64,000 bases of DNA. Source: Candidatus Latescibacterota bacterium (GTDB taxonomy: Bacteria; Latescibacterota; UBA2968; UBA8231). Shown one piece after another: positions 28,065 to 38,152 of the stretch. The notes under the pieces were generated by a model that saw only the letters and a list, made by a program, of their open reading frames with translations, was not told where the DNA came from and did not search any database. The stretch lies in contig OZ241867.1 of the NCBI GenBank assembly GCA_965203175.1, positions 3,648,001-3,712,000 of the forward strand, in the 5' to 3' direction. Position 1 is the first letter of the stretch; every line of letters starts with the position of its first letter. Both the position numbers and the translations under genes were made by a program.

Positions 28065-28973
28065 ATGGCTGCGACGATCGGACTGAGCGGCGGCTCCTTC
28101 AGGGGCCTCCTCCTCGACAACGAGGCGAACGCCGACCGCCAGGGGAGCGGCTTCACCCCCCTGTGCCATCTGCGCTACCCGGACCACAACCTCTACCGGG
28201 ACGACGCGGTCGGCCTCAACTTCGAGCACATCATGAACGGCGCGGCGGCCGATGCCGCTCGCTCGATGTTCACCCCTCGGAAGGACCGCTGCCTCCTCCT
28301 CTCCCACGCTCCCGGCGAAGCATCGGTCTGCCATTCGGCCGCGGACTCCTCCTGGGGGATCGAGAGCGAGATGCGCTATTGCCTTGGGCCGGACTGCGTC
28401 GATATGGAGTTCACCGCCCGCCTGACCGACGAACGATGTGCCCCGTTCGGGTACGTCGCCTTTATGTGGGCCTCCTACATGAACCGCACCTGCGGCCGGG
28501 CGATCCATTTCTACGGGACCTGCGAAGGGGAGGAAGGCTGGATCCGCTTCGGCGAAGACCATCCGGACGGCCGCTTCGAGACCGGCACCATCGCCCACAC
28601 CTCGGTTGATCCCCTCCCGTGCGAAGAAGGGGCCGAAACCCTCAACATCGTCGAAGATCCCCGCAAGCGCTTCCTCCTGCCGTTCTACTACGGTCTGGCG
28701 GACGGCGACGGCGACCTGTCGAGCGCGAGCGACCGGATGGTCTATGCGATGATGTTCGATCAGGAGGCACCCATCCGCTTCGCCCTGTGGAACTTCATCC
28801 GGGACGAGCGCGGCCGGCCGGACCCGCACAGCCCGGCCTGGGACTGGCAGTACGTCATCCGTGCCCCAGAGATCGGCCAGACCTACCGCTACCGGGCGCG
28901 GCTCCTATACCGGCCGTTCGTCGATCGGGAAGCGGTGCGGCGGGCGTATGAGGAATGGACAGCCGAACTGTAG
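28065..28973 (+). CDS. Hypothetical protein (possible beta-supersandwich / mutarotase-like)
   Basis: 302-aa ORF behind GAGGGAG. GLNFEHI, MWASYMN and PAWDWQYVI look conserved. Function not recognised. Confidence 0.6.
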   Translation: MAATIGLSGGSFRGLLLDNEANADRQGSGFTPLCHLRYPDHNLYRDDAVGLNFEHIMNGAAADAARSMFTPRKDRCLLLSHAPGEASVCHSAADSSWGIESEMRYCLGPDCVDMEFTARLTDERCAPFGYVAFMWASYMNRTCGRAIHFYGTCEGEEGWIRFGEDHPDGRFETGTIAHTSVDPLPCEEGAETLNIVEDPRKRFLLPFYYGLADGDGDLSSASDRMVYAMMFDQEAPIRFALWNFIRDERGRPDPHSPAWDWQYVIRAPEIGQTYRYRARLLYRPFVDREAVRRAYEEWTAEL

Positions 28974-28984
28974 CGCTTCGACCT

Positions 28985-30871
28985 TCACCACGGCGGGGCC
29001 AGACTCGGCTCGTGGACGAAGCGCTTCATGCCTAGCACGAGTCGGGCCTGGGTGCGCGGCGGCAGAGCCAGCGCGAACGTCTTGCCGCGCACCGGAACGC
29101 GCTGGGATGTCCCGTCGACCTCGACCTCGGTGAACTCGTGTTCTCCCATGCCCCCCGCTTGGATCAGCACCTCCCGGCGCTCCGTCGGGCTTGCGTTCAC
29201 CACGGTCAGTTCGGCCCGGGCGTCGCTCAGCCCCGACACCAGCGCGGCCACGTTGGGCGGAAGTCCCGGACGACGGCGCTGGGCGTCGAAGTGGCGCAGT
29301 CTTGTGACCAGCAGGCCCCCGTTGTAGTGGGGGAGGGGGGCACCCATGGTGAGCTGCACTAGGCCTTCACAGGTAACGGGATTTCGCTGCTGGAAATAGG
29401 CGTCGCCATAGGTGGCCGGGTCCTGCTCGTCCTGCGCCATGAAGTCGAGGCGCGCCTGCACCTGAGCCAGATTGTGTTCGAGGATCCGCTCCGGATACTC
29501 GGGAAACTCGCCGTGCAGGTAGGCCATCCAGCCCCAGTCGTGCCCGCCTTGATCCTTGGTGTGGTGCCACGAGTTGACGGCGAACGGATCACCCGAGTGC
29601 TTGCGGGTCTGCTCGAATCGCCGCGAATCGGATCGGGCCATCGACATGCACCACAGATGGGCGATGTCGGACGGGTACATAGGCATGAACTCGAACCAGC
29701 CATCCTGCTGCAGGGCGGTGCCGTCCTCCTTGCGGATCGGGTACCACATCCACTCGCCCGGCTCGTAGGCGACCAGCCCGGGATCATCGTACTTGTGGGG
29801 CACGTAGAGCTGATCGTCGCGCTCGATCCCGCGGGAAATGAGGCCGTCGATCTGCGACCGCGGAAAGTCCATGTACTCCAGTCGGCGCGTCAGCAGGGCA
29901 CAGTTCTGGGCTGCAACCCCCACGGCCTGCCCCACGCTGTGCCAACCGTGGGGCCAGGCCCAGCCGTAGCTCGACCCATACCACTTGCCGTTGGTGTGTT
30001 CGCCCACGACACCGGAGAGGCCGGCGTTGTCGGGCACGATGCCGCCGTTGGCGTCGGTGCGCTCCATCCAGGCCTCGGTGTATTCCAGGACCCAGTCGCG
30101 GTACTTCCCGTCCGCCGTCAGCAGATAGGCGTTGGCCCCTAGGGTGGTCGCCAGGAGGTTGACCACGGCGTCGCCGCGGCCCATGCGGTCGCGCATGGCC
30201 AGGCCCAGCCGCGCGGCCAACTCGGGACTACCTCGCACCGCCTCGTGATTGGTGCATCCCGGCACGTCGTAGAAGGGCAGGTTGTACCCCTCATAGGGCC
30301 AATGCGGACCTTCCTCGAAGGCCCAGTAGGCCGGCCCTTTGCTGCCGTTTCTCGCGCACCGGATGATCCGGTGTTCCGGGTCGTAGTTGGGCGCTTCTGG
30401 ATCCTCTCCGAGGAACAGCCCGGCGAAGCGCCGGGCCCGCTTGATGTTGGTACCGTTGGTCGGATCGGCCATGCAGAGCATGTAGAACAGGTAGTTGCCC
30501 TCGCCCTGATGGAACCAGTCGTAGCCCGGCTGGTACTCTCGCACCACCATAGGGTAGCCGTGTCCCGTGCCATGCTGGCTCATTTGCTCATTGATGACGT
30601 CGAATTCCCGCTGGGCGTCGGTTAGGAACTGGTCGCTGCCGCCGAGCAGGTAGAAGAGCGGCCAGTTGTGGAAGCTCTCGTAGCAGTCATCCAGCGCGTC
30701 GATGCTCTGGAAGTCGGGACTGGGGGGCCAGAGCAGGCGCCCATCCGGATGGGTGTACCTCTCGAGCGCCTGCGGAGCGGCGTCCTCGATTGCGTCGAAT
30801 AGCTGGCGCTGAAGCAGAGCCCACTTCGGCGGTGTCTGGGCCGATTCGCGCGCCTCTAGGGTGATTGCCAT
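28985..30871 (-). CDS. Conserved hypothetical protein, probable (alpha/alpha)6 toroid enzyme
   Basis: Long Trp/Tyr-rich ORF with DDCYESFHNWPLFYLLGG and YDWFHQGEG. The fold is an inference. Confidence 0.65.
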   Translation of the reverse strand: MAITLEARESAQTPPKWALLQRQLFDAIEDAAPQALERYTHPDGRLLWPPSPDFQSIDALDDCYESFHNWPLFYLLGGSDQFLTDAQREFDVINEQMSQHGTGHGYPMVVREYQPGYDWFHQGEGNYLFYMLCMADPTNGTNIKRARRFAGLFLGEDPEAPNYDPEHRIIRCARNGSKGPAYWAFEEGPHWPYEGYNLPFYDVPGCTNHEAVRGSPELAARLGLAMRDRMGRGDAVVNLLATTLGANAYLLTADGKYRDWVLEYTEAWMERTDANGGIVPDNAGLSGVVGEHTNGKWYGSSYGWAWPHGWHSVGQAVGVAAQNCALLTRRLEYMDFPRSQIDGLISRGIERDDQLYVPHKYDDPGLVAYEPGEWMWYPIRKEDGTALQQDGWFEFMPMYPSDIAHLWCMSMARSDSRRFEQTRKHSGDPFAVNSWHHTKDQGGHDWGWMAYLHGEFPEYPERILEHNLAQVQARLDFMAQDEQDPATYGDAYFQQRNPVTCEGLVQLTMGAPLPHYNGGLLVTRLRHFDAQRRRPGLPPNVAALVSGLSDARAELTVVNASPTERREVLIQAGGMGEHEFTEVEVDGTSQRVPVRGKTFALALPPRTQARLVLGMKRFVHEPSLAPPW

Positions 30872-30930
30872 GGTCTCTCTCTTTCCGTTTTCTTCAGATA
30901 AAGAATACGTCGCGCTGTGCAAGCTCGTCC

Positions 30931-32220
30931 TTAGAGCGCGGCGTTGCCCATCTTCGTCCGCAAGCTGTGCCGGCCTTCCATATGCGCGTGCCAGTCCATG
31001 CCGATCTCCGGTCGCGGCCGGGTCGGTCTGGGCAGCGCATTCGCCTGCTCCGCCACGACCGCCGGCACGCCCACGTCGCTCAGCAACTGCGCCAGATACT
31101 CCATCCGCACCAGCGTCTCGCTCTGGTACAGGCTCATGCCGTCGACCCCTGCCGCGTACTGCCGCGCCGCCAGCGCATAGGTCGGTTGCGGCGCGTAAAA
31201 ACCCGTATTCTCCTCTACCCAGCTCTCAATCAGCCCCTTAGATCCCACACCACCAATGCACAGTTTGCCGTGCTTATGCGCCACCGCTGTGTGGTAGCTG
31301 ACGTGTAAATCCAGATCCTCGCGCGTCAGAGGAAAGGGACTCAACATCAAGCCGTCGACCAGATCCTCCTCGCACCAGCGCTCGCTGTCCAGTCCGTAGG
31401 CCAGCATCAGCCAGCGTGCGTTGGCGGGCACCCGGGCGACGATCGGGCAGCACCGAGCCAATTGGTCCTCCTGAGCGCGCACCGCCCGCCGCAGTTCGGT
31501 CATAAACCCGGTCAGTACGTCGGCCCGGTACTGGAACCACGCCCGGTACTGCTCGAAGTCGTCCGAGTCGATTGCGCGCGGATCCACCCCCGTCTTTGCC
31601 ATAAACGGCTCGACCAGCGCCGGATGGTACAGCAGCATCGGCATCTGCCGGCAGAAATCGAGCACCAACCCGTCGACGCCGATCCTCTGGCACTCGAGCA
31701 AAATATCGATCCGCTCGCGCCGCACCTCCACCAGCGCGTAGCACAGTCGGCTGGCGTCCTCATTGCCTGGCTTGGTCACCTCCCTGAACACCGGATTGTC
31801 CAGCGCTAACTTGGACGTGACCCCTATCCAGTCTGCCCGGCCGTAGTGGCGGTTCATCCCTAGGCGGCCCCAAAGTTGCGCTCCGTGCCTATGGCATAGC
31901 GCCAGCGCATGGCGCAAAGGGCACACCTCGTCCATCACTTTGTGAACGAAGCTCCAGGAGATGCTTCCGACTCGGTCGCCGTTTTCGCACATCCGCGTGA
32001 CATGAGGCAACTCGGACCAGTAGTCCACTACCGAACGCCCCAGATTCCACACCAGATGATCGCAGCCCGCCTGCAGGTGTAGGGCGACGCACTCGTCCAG
32101 CGCTTTAGGCCCTGGGCACGGCTTGCCGTAGTTGGCGTAGTAGCACATCCACTCCGAGATGCCGAACACCGGTTTTTCGTTGCCGCTTGCCGTGCGCAAT
32201 TCGAGTTGCTCTTGTGCCAT
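30931..32220 (-). CDS. Glycoside hydrolase-like TIM barrel (GHL10/DUF187-like)
   Basis: RLGMNRHY, LCYALVEVRRE, GVDGLVLDFCR, AAGVDGMSLY. Confidence 0.65.
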   Translation of the reverse strand: MAQEQLELRTASGNEKPVFGISEWMCYYANYGKPCPGPKALDECVALHLQAGCDHLVWNLGRSVVDYWSELPHVTRMCENGDRVGSISWSFVHKVMDEVCPLRHALALCHRHGAQLWGRLGMNRHYGRADWIGVTSKLALDNPVFREVTKPGNEDASRLCYALVEVRRERIDILLECQRIGVDGLVLDFCRQMPMLLYHPALVEPFMAKTGVDPRAIDSDDFEQYRAWFQYRADVLTGFMTELRRAVRAQEDQLARCCPIVARVPANARWLMLAYGLDSERWCEEDLVDGLMLSPFPLTREDLDLHVSYHTAVAHKHGKLCIGGVGSKGLIESWVEENTGFYAPQPTYALAARQYAAGVDGMSLYQSETLVRMEYLAQLLSDVGVPAVVAEQANALPRPTRPRPEIGMDWHAHMEGRHSLRTKMGNAAL

Positions 32221-32237
32221 CTAAATGTCGGCGTCCA

Positions 32238-33167
32238 TTAAGCGGGCCATCGCGCGGTTCCAATGGCGTAATACTTGTGTACGAAAGGGGGTGCCGGGCG
32301 CGAGGCGTACCAGATGCGGAGGGAGCCGTCGTCGAGGCGCAGTATCGATTGGCTGGTCGTGTAGTGGGATTCCCAGGTCCGCGATGGATCGGGAGCGAAA
32401 ACGGGGTTGTCGGGGTCCTTGTGCCAACGCAAGCCGTCGTCGCTGTAGGCACAGCCAATAGCGGTTTTCATTTCCTCGCTGCCGTACTGGCTGTAGCTGC
32501 CGTACCACATCCAGTACTGGCCGTCTATGACGACAACCGTGGGATAGACGAGGCGGTCGTGTTCCCAGGATTGGTCGAGCGTCAGAACCGGGTCGGCTGT
32601 GACCTGCCAGTTGTACCCGTCGGCGCTTTGGGCATAACGTATGCTCCAGGGCAGAGCCTGGACGTCGGTGTACCAGAGTTTGTAGTGGTCGGCTTCTTTG
32701 ATAAGGGTCGGTGCGTATGCGTGTTCGAGTTGCGGAGCCGATGGCGCATCCCACTCGCTGCCGTCGTCGCTGGCGGTTTCGTGCAGGGTGTGCATCCGGT
32801 CGCCGGAGGGGAAGTTGCAGGAGGAAAACCACAGACGCAGGCGGCCTTGCTCCCTGCACACCGAGCCGTCGGGGTGGCGGAGGAGCGTGGGGGTTAAAAT
32901 CGAGCGCGTGTCCGTGAGGCGGCACACCGGCGAGCGCGGATCTTTGCTAAAGCGGACGCCGTCGGTGGAAGTAGCCAAGCCGAGGGTGAAGGCGCGATTG
33001 TCCACGCGGTCGCGGTCGTTGACATTGTGGCGCGATCCGCTGTACCACATCGAGTACACCCCATCCTCGTAGGCAACGCAGGGGGCGAAAAGGTGCATGT
33101 CGTCGAAGGCTCCTTCAGAGCCTAGGGAGATGCAGGGGCCTTCGTCGCGCTGCCAGTTCTGGATCAT
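32238..33167 (-). CDS. Five-bladed beta-propeller glycosidase (GH43/GH32/GH130-like)
   Basis: Repeated blades P.V...DG.Y.MWY and A.S.DG..W.K...NPV. Confidence 0.8.
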   Translation of the reverse strand: MIQNWQRDEGPCISLGSEGAFDDMHLFAPCVAYEDGVYSMWYSGSRHNVNDRDRVDNRAFTLGLATSTDGVRFSKDPRSPVCRLTDTRSILTPTLLRHPDGSVCREQGRLRLWFSSCNFPSGDRMHTLHETASDDGSEWDAPSAPQLEHAYAPTLIKEADHYKLWYTDVQALPWSIRYAQSADGYNWQVTADPVLTLDQSWEHDRLVYPTVVVIDGQYWMWYGSYSQYGSEEMKTAIGCAYSDDGLRWHKDPDNPVFAPDPSRTWESHYTTSQSILRLDDGSLRIWYASRPAPPFVHKYYAIGTARWPA

Positions 33168-33357
33168 GCGTTTTATCCCGTGTATGACGCCCCTCTAGCA
33201 AACTCGCAGTTGACCGGAACCAAATGTAGCTTAGCTTGGTTCGCTCAGTGCCTGCGGGCGTCGGCGTTCCAGTCCTCGCTTCGGCACCATTCTAAGCCAA
33301 TAGTTAGTCCCTCACAAGATGACGCATATACAAAACCACGACCTCCGCAAAGATCGA

Positions 33358-34491
33358 ATGACAACCGTTTTTCCCATCACCCAACCGCCTGGATTCCACT
33401 GGTTCAGCTACTACGACAAGTTCCAGTTCGACCCAACGGACCGCTACGCCCTCGGCATGCGCGTAGACTTTGAGCATCGCCTGCCGACCGAGGAAGATGT
33501 GGTTGCCATCGGCATGATTGACCTCGCCGACGGCAACCGGTGGATCGATCTCGGCCAGTCGCGCGCCTGGTGCTGGCAGCAGGGTTGCATGCTCCAGTGG
33601 CGCCCCGGCTCGGATCGCGAGGTAGTGTGGAACGACCGCGACGGAGACGGGTACGTCAGTCGCGTCCTCGATGTAGAGACGCGAAAGATGCGAACTTTGC
33701 CCCGCCCGATCGGCACGCTCAGCCCCGACGGAAAGCTCGCCCTCTGCGAAGACTACAGTCGCATCTGGAACTTCCGCGCCGGCTACGGATATGCGGGAAT
33801 CCCCGACAGGTTCAAAGAGGAGCTCGCCCCAGAGGAGATAGGCGTTTGGCGCATGGATCTCGACACCGGGGATGTTGAGCAACTGATCTCACTCGCCGAG
33901 TTCGTGCGCATCCCGTACCCCGGCCAGACGCCGGAGGACAACCACTACGTCAATCATCTCTCGTGGAACCCCTGCGGCGAGCGGTTCCTCATGTTCAACC
34001 GCTGGGCGGGAGGAGGCCAGCCGACGCGCGTCTTCACCATGGCCGCCGACGGCAGCGATCTGCGACTCCTGTCGGGCCATGGCGCGTCACACTGGACCTG
34101 GTGCGATTCCGATTGCGCTCTCATCTGGGGCGAGGGCGCGTACAAGCTCTACCGCGATGATGGTTCCGGCGAGGCGTGTGAAGTTCTGTGGGAACACGTG
34201 AATGGGCACCAGAGTTATGTGCCTGGGACCGACAACGAGTGGTTGCTGACCGACACGTATCCGGCGAACGACCAGCAGGAACTCTGCCTCTACCACATCC
34301 CGTGCAAAAAGAAGGTCAGCCTTGGGTTCTTCGATGCGCCTTCTGCGTATCGAGGTGAGTGGCGCTGTGATCTTCACCCGCGACTGAGCCGCAGCGGCAC
34401 GAAGGTGGTAATCGATTCGCCGCACCAAGGAAACGGTCGCCAGATGTATCTCATCGAGATCGAGGATGTCTTGGCTCAGGGACGGGCCTGA
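33358..34491 (+). CDS. Oligogalacturonate-lyase/TolB-like beta-propeller protein
   Basis: HWFSYYDK, AWCWQQGCMLQW, NGHQSY, DTYP, RCDLHPR. Confidence 0.7.
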   Translation: MTTVFPITQPPGFHWFSYYDKFQFDPTDRYALGMRVDFEHRLPTEEDVVAIGMIDLADGNRWIDLGQSRAWCWQQGCMLQWRPGSDREVVWNDRDGDGYVSRVLDVETRKMRTLPRPIGTLSPDGKLALCEDYSRIWNFRAGYGYAGIPDRFKEELAPEEIGVWRMDLDTGDVEQLISLAEFVRIPYPGQTPEDNHYVNHLSWNPCGERFLMFNRWAGGGQPTRVFTMAADGSDLRLLSGHGASHWTWCDSDCALIWGEGAYKLYRDDGSGEACEVLWEHVNGHQSYVPGTDNEWLLTDTYPANDQQELCLYHIPCKKKVSLGFFDAPSAYRGEWRCDLHPRLSRSGTKVVIDSPHQGNGRQMYLIEIEDVLAQGRA

Positions 34492-34501
34492 GCGCACTGT
34501 C

Positions 34502-35590
34502 TTACTTGGTCAATCCTCGCTTGACTTTCCGCTCAAACTCGCGCATCTCATCCACTCCGTCTAACACGCCGATTTCCATGTTGAACTCGCGCACCTCGCC
34601 CGATTCGATGTACTGCAAGGTCCCGTGCTTGCGGTTCCAAGCGCGACCGAGCACTGAGCAGTTGCCCGGCTCAATGCCGGTGACGTAGGTGCCCTTGTGG
34701 AAGTGCTGCCAGTGGTTGACGATGGGGATCTCGCTGTGCTTGAACTGCCAATACAATCCCAAGCCGAGCTTTTCGTTGAGCAGGCCGATGTGGACGCGCC
34801 CCTGGCGGTCGGTGCGGGGCCGATGCACGTACACATCGTCGTGGGCGCGCGGTTGCGGCCCTTGGGCCACAGTGTAGTCCTCGGGGCTGACGGGGCGGTC
34901 CGCGGTCCACTCGGTGCTCTCGCGGCTGTAGAGGACGAGGCGGGTCCCTTCGTCGAGGAGGGGAAAGCCGGGGTTGCAGTGGTACACGAACATGAGCGGC
35001 GAGCGATCGGCGGCGAGGTTTTCGATGCGGTCGCGGATATGGATGCTGCGCTCGCCGAGTACGGTCGAGATCTCGCGCGACAGTTCTAAATTCTCGGCAA
35101 AGACCTCAGCCTGGCGCATTTGGCCGCGGATGCGCACGACGTAATTGCCGCCCTCCCAGCCTTCCTCAATGCCGACGTTTTTAGCCGGGATGTACGAGAG
35201 GCGACCGTGCAGGGGCATTTCGGCGTTTTCTTCTTCGGGATCGACTTCTGGGTGGCCGACAAAGTCGAGTCCGCAAGAGGTAACCAGCCCGCCGAACCAG
35301 CCGCGTCCCCATTTGAAGCCCTCTGGCTCGTAGAAGGCCGGCCCGACGTCTCCGGGGCCGGAGCGGAAGCACAGCGACTGGCCCTTGTAGTGGGCCGAGG
35401 CAATGTCGAGGGCGCGGCCGGGCAAGACGGAAAACCCCAAGCCCGAAGCGTTGAATACGTCGATGAGATCGGCGCCGCGCTCAAAGCCTTCGCTGCGCTC
35501 GGCGCGGCGGGCGTACATGAGCTGGCTGATGTCACCGACGCGGTTGAGCAGTTGGCGGCGGGTGAAGTTGCGGCCGAAAAGCTTGGGCAT
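34502..35590 (-). CDS. Aldose 1-epimerase family protein (DUF4432-like)
   Basis: GRALDI, GGLVTSCGL, LHGRLS, YHCNPGFPLL, YVTGIEPGN. AGGAGG RBS. Confidence 0.85.
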   Translation of the reverse strand: MPKLFGRNFTRRQLLNRVGDISQLMYARRAERSEGFERGADLIDVFNASGLGFSVLPGRALDIASAHYKGQSLCFRSGPGDVGPAFYEPEGFKWGRGWFGGLVTSCGLDFVGHPEVDPEEENAEMPLHGRLSYIPAKNVGIEEGWEGGNYVVRIRGQMRQAEVFAENLELSREISTVLGERSIHIRDRIENLAADRSPLMFVYHCNPGFPLLDEGTRLVLYSRESTEWTADRPVSPEDYTVAQGPQPRAHDDVYVHRPRTDRQGRVHIGLLNEKLGLGLYWQFKHSEIPIVNHWQHFHKGTYVTGIEPGNCSVLGRAWNRKHGTLQYIESGEVREFNMEIGVLDGVDEMREFERKVKRGLTK

Positions 35591-35715
35591 GAAGAACCTC
35601 CTGTGTGAATGATAAACCTTGTAAGGGTCTGGGTTTCTCAATATAAGATATAGGGCCGAACGGGCGAATGGCTCTTCTCGGTCAATGCAAACTCATTGAA
35701 AAGGAATCAGAAGGG

Positions 35716-36627
35716 ATGGCTTTTGCAACGGCGGTACAGCTTGAAAACGTGTGGAAGCGCTTCGGCGCGGTCGAGGCCGTGCGCGGGGTGTCGCTGCGCG
35801 TGCCCGCGGGGTGTATCTACGGGCTGTTGGGCCCCAACGGCGCGGGTAAGACGACCCTTATCCGCATGATTATGAGCATCTTCTTCGCCGACTCCGGGCG
35901 CATCGGCCTGCTGGATGGGCAACAGGCCCTCGCGGTCAAAGATCAGCTCGGCTATCTGCCCGAGGAAAAGGGTCTGTATAAGAAGATGAAGGTCGCCGAG
36001 GTGATGATTTATTTCGCGCGGCTCAAGGGGCTTGCTGCGGACGTGGCTCAGCAGCGGGCCGCCGAGTTGTTGCAGCGCTATGGCCTCGGCGACTATCAGG
36101 ATCGGCGCTGCGAGGTGCTTTCCAAGGGCATGGAGCAAAAGGTGCAATTGCTCTCAGCGCTGATCCACGAGCCTGAGTTGGTCATTCTCGACGAGCCTTT
36201 TTCCGGGCTGGACCCGGTCAATCGCGATCTGATGCGGGACGTCATCTTGCAGATGCGCCGCGATGGCAAGACGGTGATCTTCTCGACCCATCTCATGGAG
36301 CAGGCCGAGCAGCTATGCGATTTTGTCGCACTGATCAACAAAGGGCAGAAGGTCGTCGATGGCCCATTGGGCCAAGTGCTCGCCAGCGGAGGGCGCGCCG
36401 CAGTGCTCGACTACGATGGCGACGGGCATCTGCTGAGCGATCTGCCGGGCGTGACCCGGGTCAACGACTCGGGCAAGCGGGCCGAGCTTTTTCTGGCCGA
36501 AGACGCAGACTCGCAAGCGCTGTTGGCCGCGCTCGTCCCCAAGGTGCAGATAAGGGGCTTTGCCCTGCGCACGGCCTCTTTGCACGAGATCTTCATCCGA
36601 GCCATAGGGGAGGCCGACGATGCGTAA
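35716..36627 (+). CDS. ABC transporter ATP-binding subunit (NatA/YhaQ-like exporter)
   Basis: Walker A GPNGAGKT, signature LSKGM, Walker B ILDEPFSGLD. Confidence 0.92.
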   Translation: MAFATAVQLENVWKRFGAVEAVRGVSLRVPAGCIYGLLGPNGAGKTTLIRMIMSIFFADSGRIGLLDGQQALAVKDQLGYLPEEKGLYKKMKVAEVMIYFARLKGLAADVAQQRAAELLQRYGLGDYQDRRCEVLSKGMEQKVQLLSALIHEPELVILDEPFSGLDPVNRDLMRDVILQMRRDGKTVIFSTHLMEQAEQLCDFVALINKGQKVVDGPLGQVLASGGRAAVLDYDGDGHLLSDLPGVTRVNDSGKRAELFLAEDADSQALLAALVPKVQIRGFALRTASLHEIFIRAIGEADDA

Positions 36628-38152
36628 AATTGCTTTGGTTGCCCGGCGCGAATACGCGGAGCACGTCCGCACCAAGGGGTTTTGGATCGGCGTTCTGGCC
36701 TTCCCGCTCATCCTCGCGTTGAGCGTTGTGGTGCCCATTCTATTGAGCGGAACCAAACAGGCGCGCACCTATGCCGTGATCGACCATTCGGGTTTTGTGC
36801 TACAGGAGGTGGAAAAGGGCATTTTGGCCGAGGATCTGGGCATAGTGCTGCGGGATGCGGCGGAGCGCTATCGCGACGGGGGTCGGGCTTGGGAGCGCTT
36901 GCCGGATGCGGTCCGGGCCGCCGCGAAGGGCTATGTGAGCTTGGCGGAAGCGGAGCGGCCGGCGCTGGTCCAGGACCTCGCTGTGGGCGGAGATGAGGTC
37001 GTGCCTGGTCTCGTCGAATGGTGGCAGCAGGTCTCGGCTGAAGAGTTGGAGGCCCTCGACTTGGAACTCTCGCGCAGCCGCTACGTTCGGGTGGAGGTGC
37101 CCAGCGGCGACGATCCGCCAGCCGTGCTCAATCGCATGGTAAACGACGGCTCGCTCTTTGCGTACTTCGTCATCTCCCCAGATCCAGTCGCCAGCGACGA
37201 GGGGTGCAAATACATCTCTTTGAACCGGACCGATCAGGACTTGCGCCGTTGGTTTGCAGACCAGGTGTTTCAAGTGGTGCGGGCGCGGCGCATTGAACAG
37301 GCGGGTCTCGACGCGGAAACCAGCGACTGGTTGCAGTCCTCAGTGCATTTTGCGGAGCGCAAGGTCGATAAGCGCGGCGACGAGGCCGAGGTTTCCACAG
37401 TCGATAGGGTCCAGCAGTGGGCCGTCGTACCGTTCGTTTATCTATTGTGGATGGCGATATTTATCAACGCGCAGACGCTTATGACCAATACTGTGGAGGA
37501 GAAGTCGTCGCGCCTCATCGAAGTGCTGCTGTCCGCGCTCTCGTCCTTTGAATTGATGGCTGGCAAAATTGCCGGCACGGCCGCGGTTGGGCTGACCTTG
37601 GTCTTTACTTGGGTCGCGTGCGTGGTGGTGGGAGTGGTGATCGCGCCGGCCGCGTTGGGGGACGATGTGGCCTCCATCGTCGGCATTGCCGGTACTCCGC
37701 TGTACTTGTGGTCTTTTATTTTTTATTTTTTGGCTGGATTCTTGCTGTACGCCTGCCTGCTGGTGGGAGCTGGCTCGCTGTGCAATAGCTTAAAAGACGC
37801 GCAGAGCCTGATGTTGCCGCTCCTCGTGCCGCTGATGGTGCCGTTGCTCACCATGATACCCATCACTCAAGACCCCAACGGCACCTTGGCGCGAGTTATG
37901 TCCTACATCCCGCTTTTTACCCCTTTTGTCATGATGAATCGGGCCGCTGGTTCACCGCCGCTGTGGGAGTATTTGGTGACCACAGTGCTGCTTTTGTTAT
38001 CCATCTACTTAGCAGTGCGGGGGGCGGGCAAGGTCTTCCGCATCGGTATCTTGATGACGGGCAAGCCGCCGAGGTTGGGAGAGATCATGCGCTGGTTGAC
38101 GGCCAAAGAAGACATCAGCCCGGCGGAGCGCGAAGCGGCCCAGGTCAGTTGA
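36620..38152 (+). CDS. ABC-2 type permease (NatB/YhaP-like)
   Basis: RREYAEHVRTKGF, VEEKSSRLIEVLLS, LMAGKI, SYIPLFTP. Overlaps the ATPase stop. Confidence 0.9.
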   Translation: MRKIALVARREYAEHVRTKGFWIGVLAFPLILALSVVVPILLSGTKQARTYAVIDHSGFVLQEVEKGILAEDLGIVLRDAAERYRDGGRAWERLPDAVRAAAKGYVSLAEAERPALVQDLAVGGDEVVPGLVEWWQQVSAEELEALDLELSRSRYVRVEVPSGDDPPAVLNRMVNDGSLFAYFVISPDPVASDEGCKYISLNRTDQDLRRWFADQVFQVVRARRIEQAGLDAETSDWLQSSVHFAERKVDKRGDEAEVSTVDRVQQWAVVPFVYLLWMAIFINAQTLMTNTVEEKSSRLIEVLLSALSSFELMAGKIAGTAAVGLTLVFTWVACVVVGVVIAPAALGDDVASIVGIAGTPLYLWSFIFYFLAGFLLYACLLVGAGSLCNSLKDAQSLMLPLLVPLMVPLLTMIPITQDPNGTLARVMSYIPLFTPFVMMNRAAGSPPLWEYLVTTVLLLLSIYLAVRGAGKVFRIGILMTGKPPRLGEIMRWLTAKEDISPAEREAAQVS

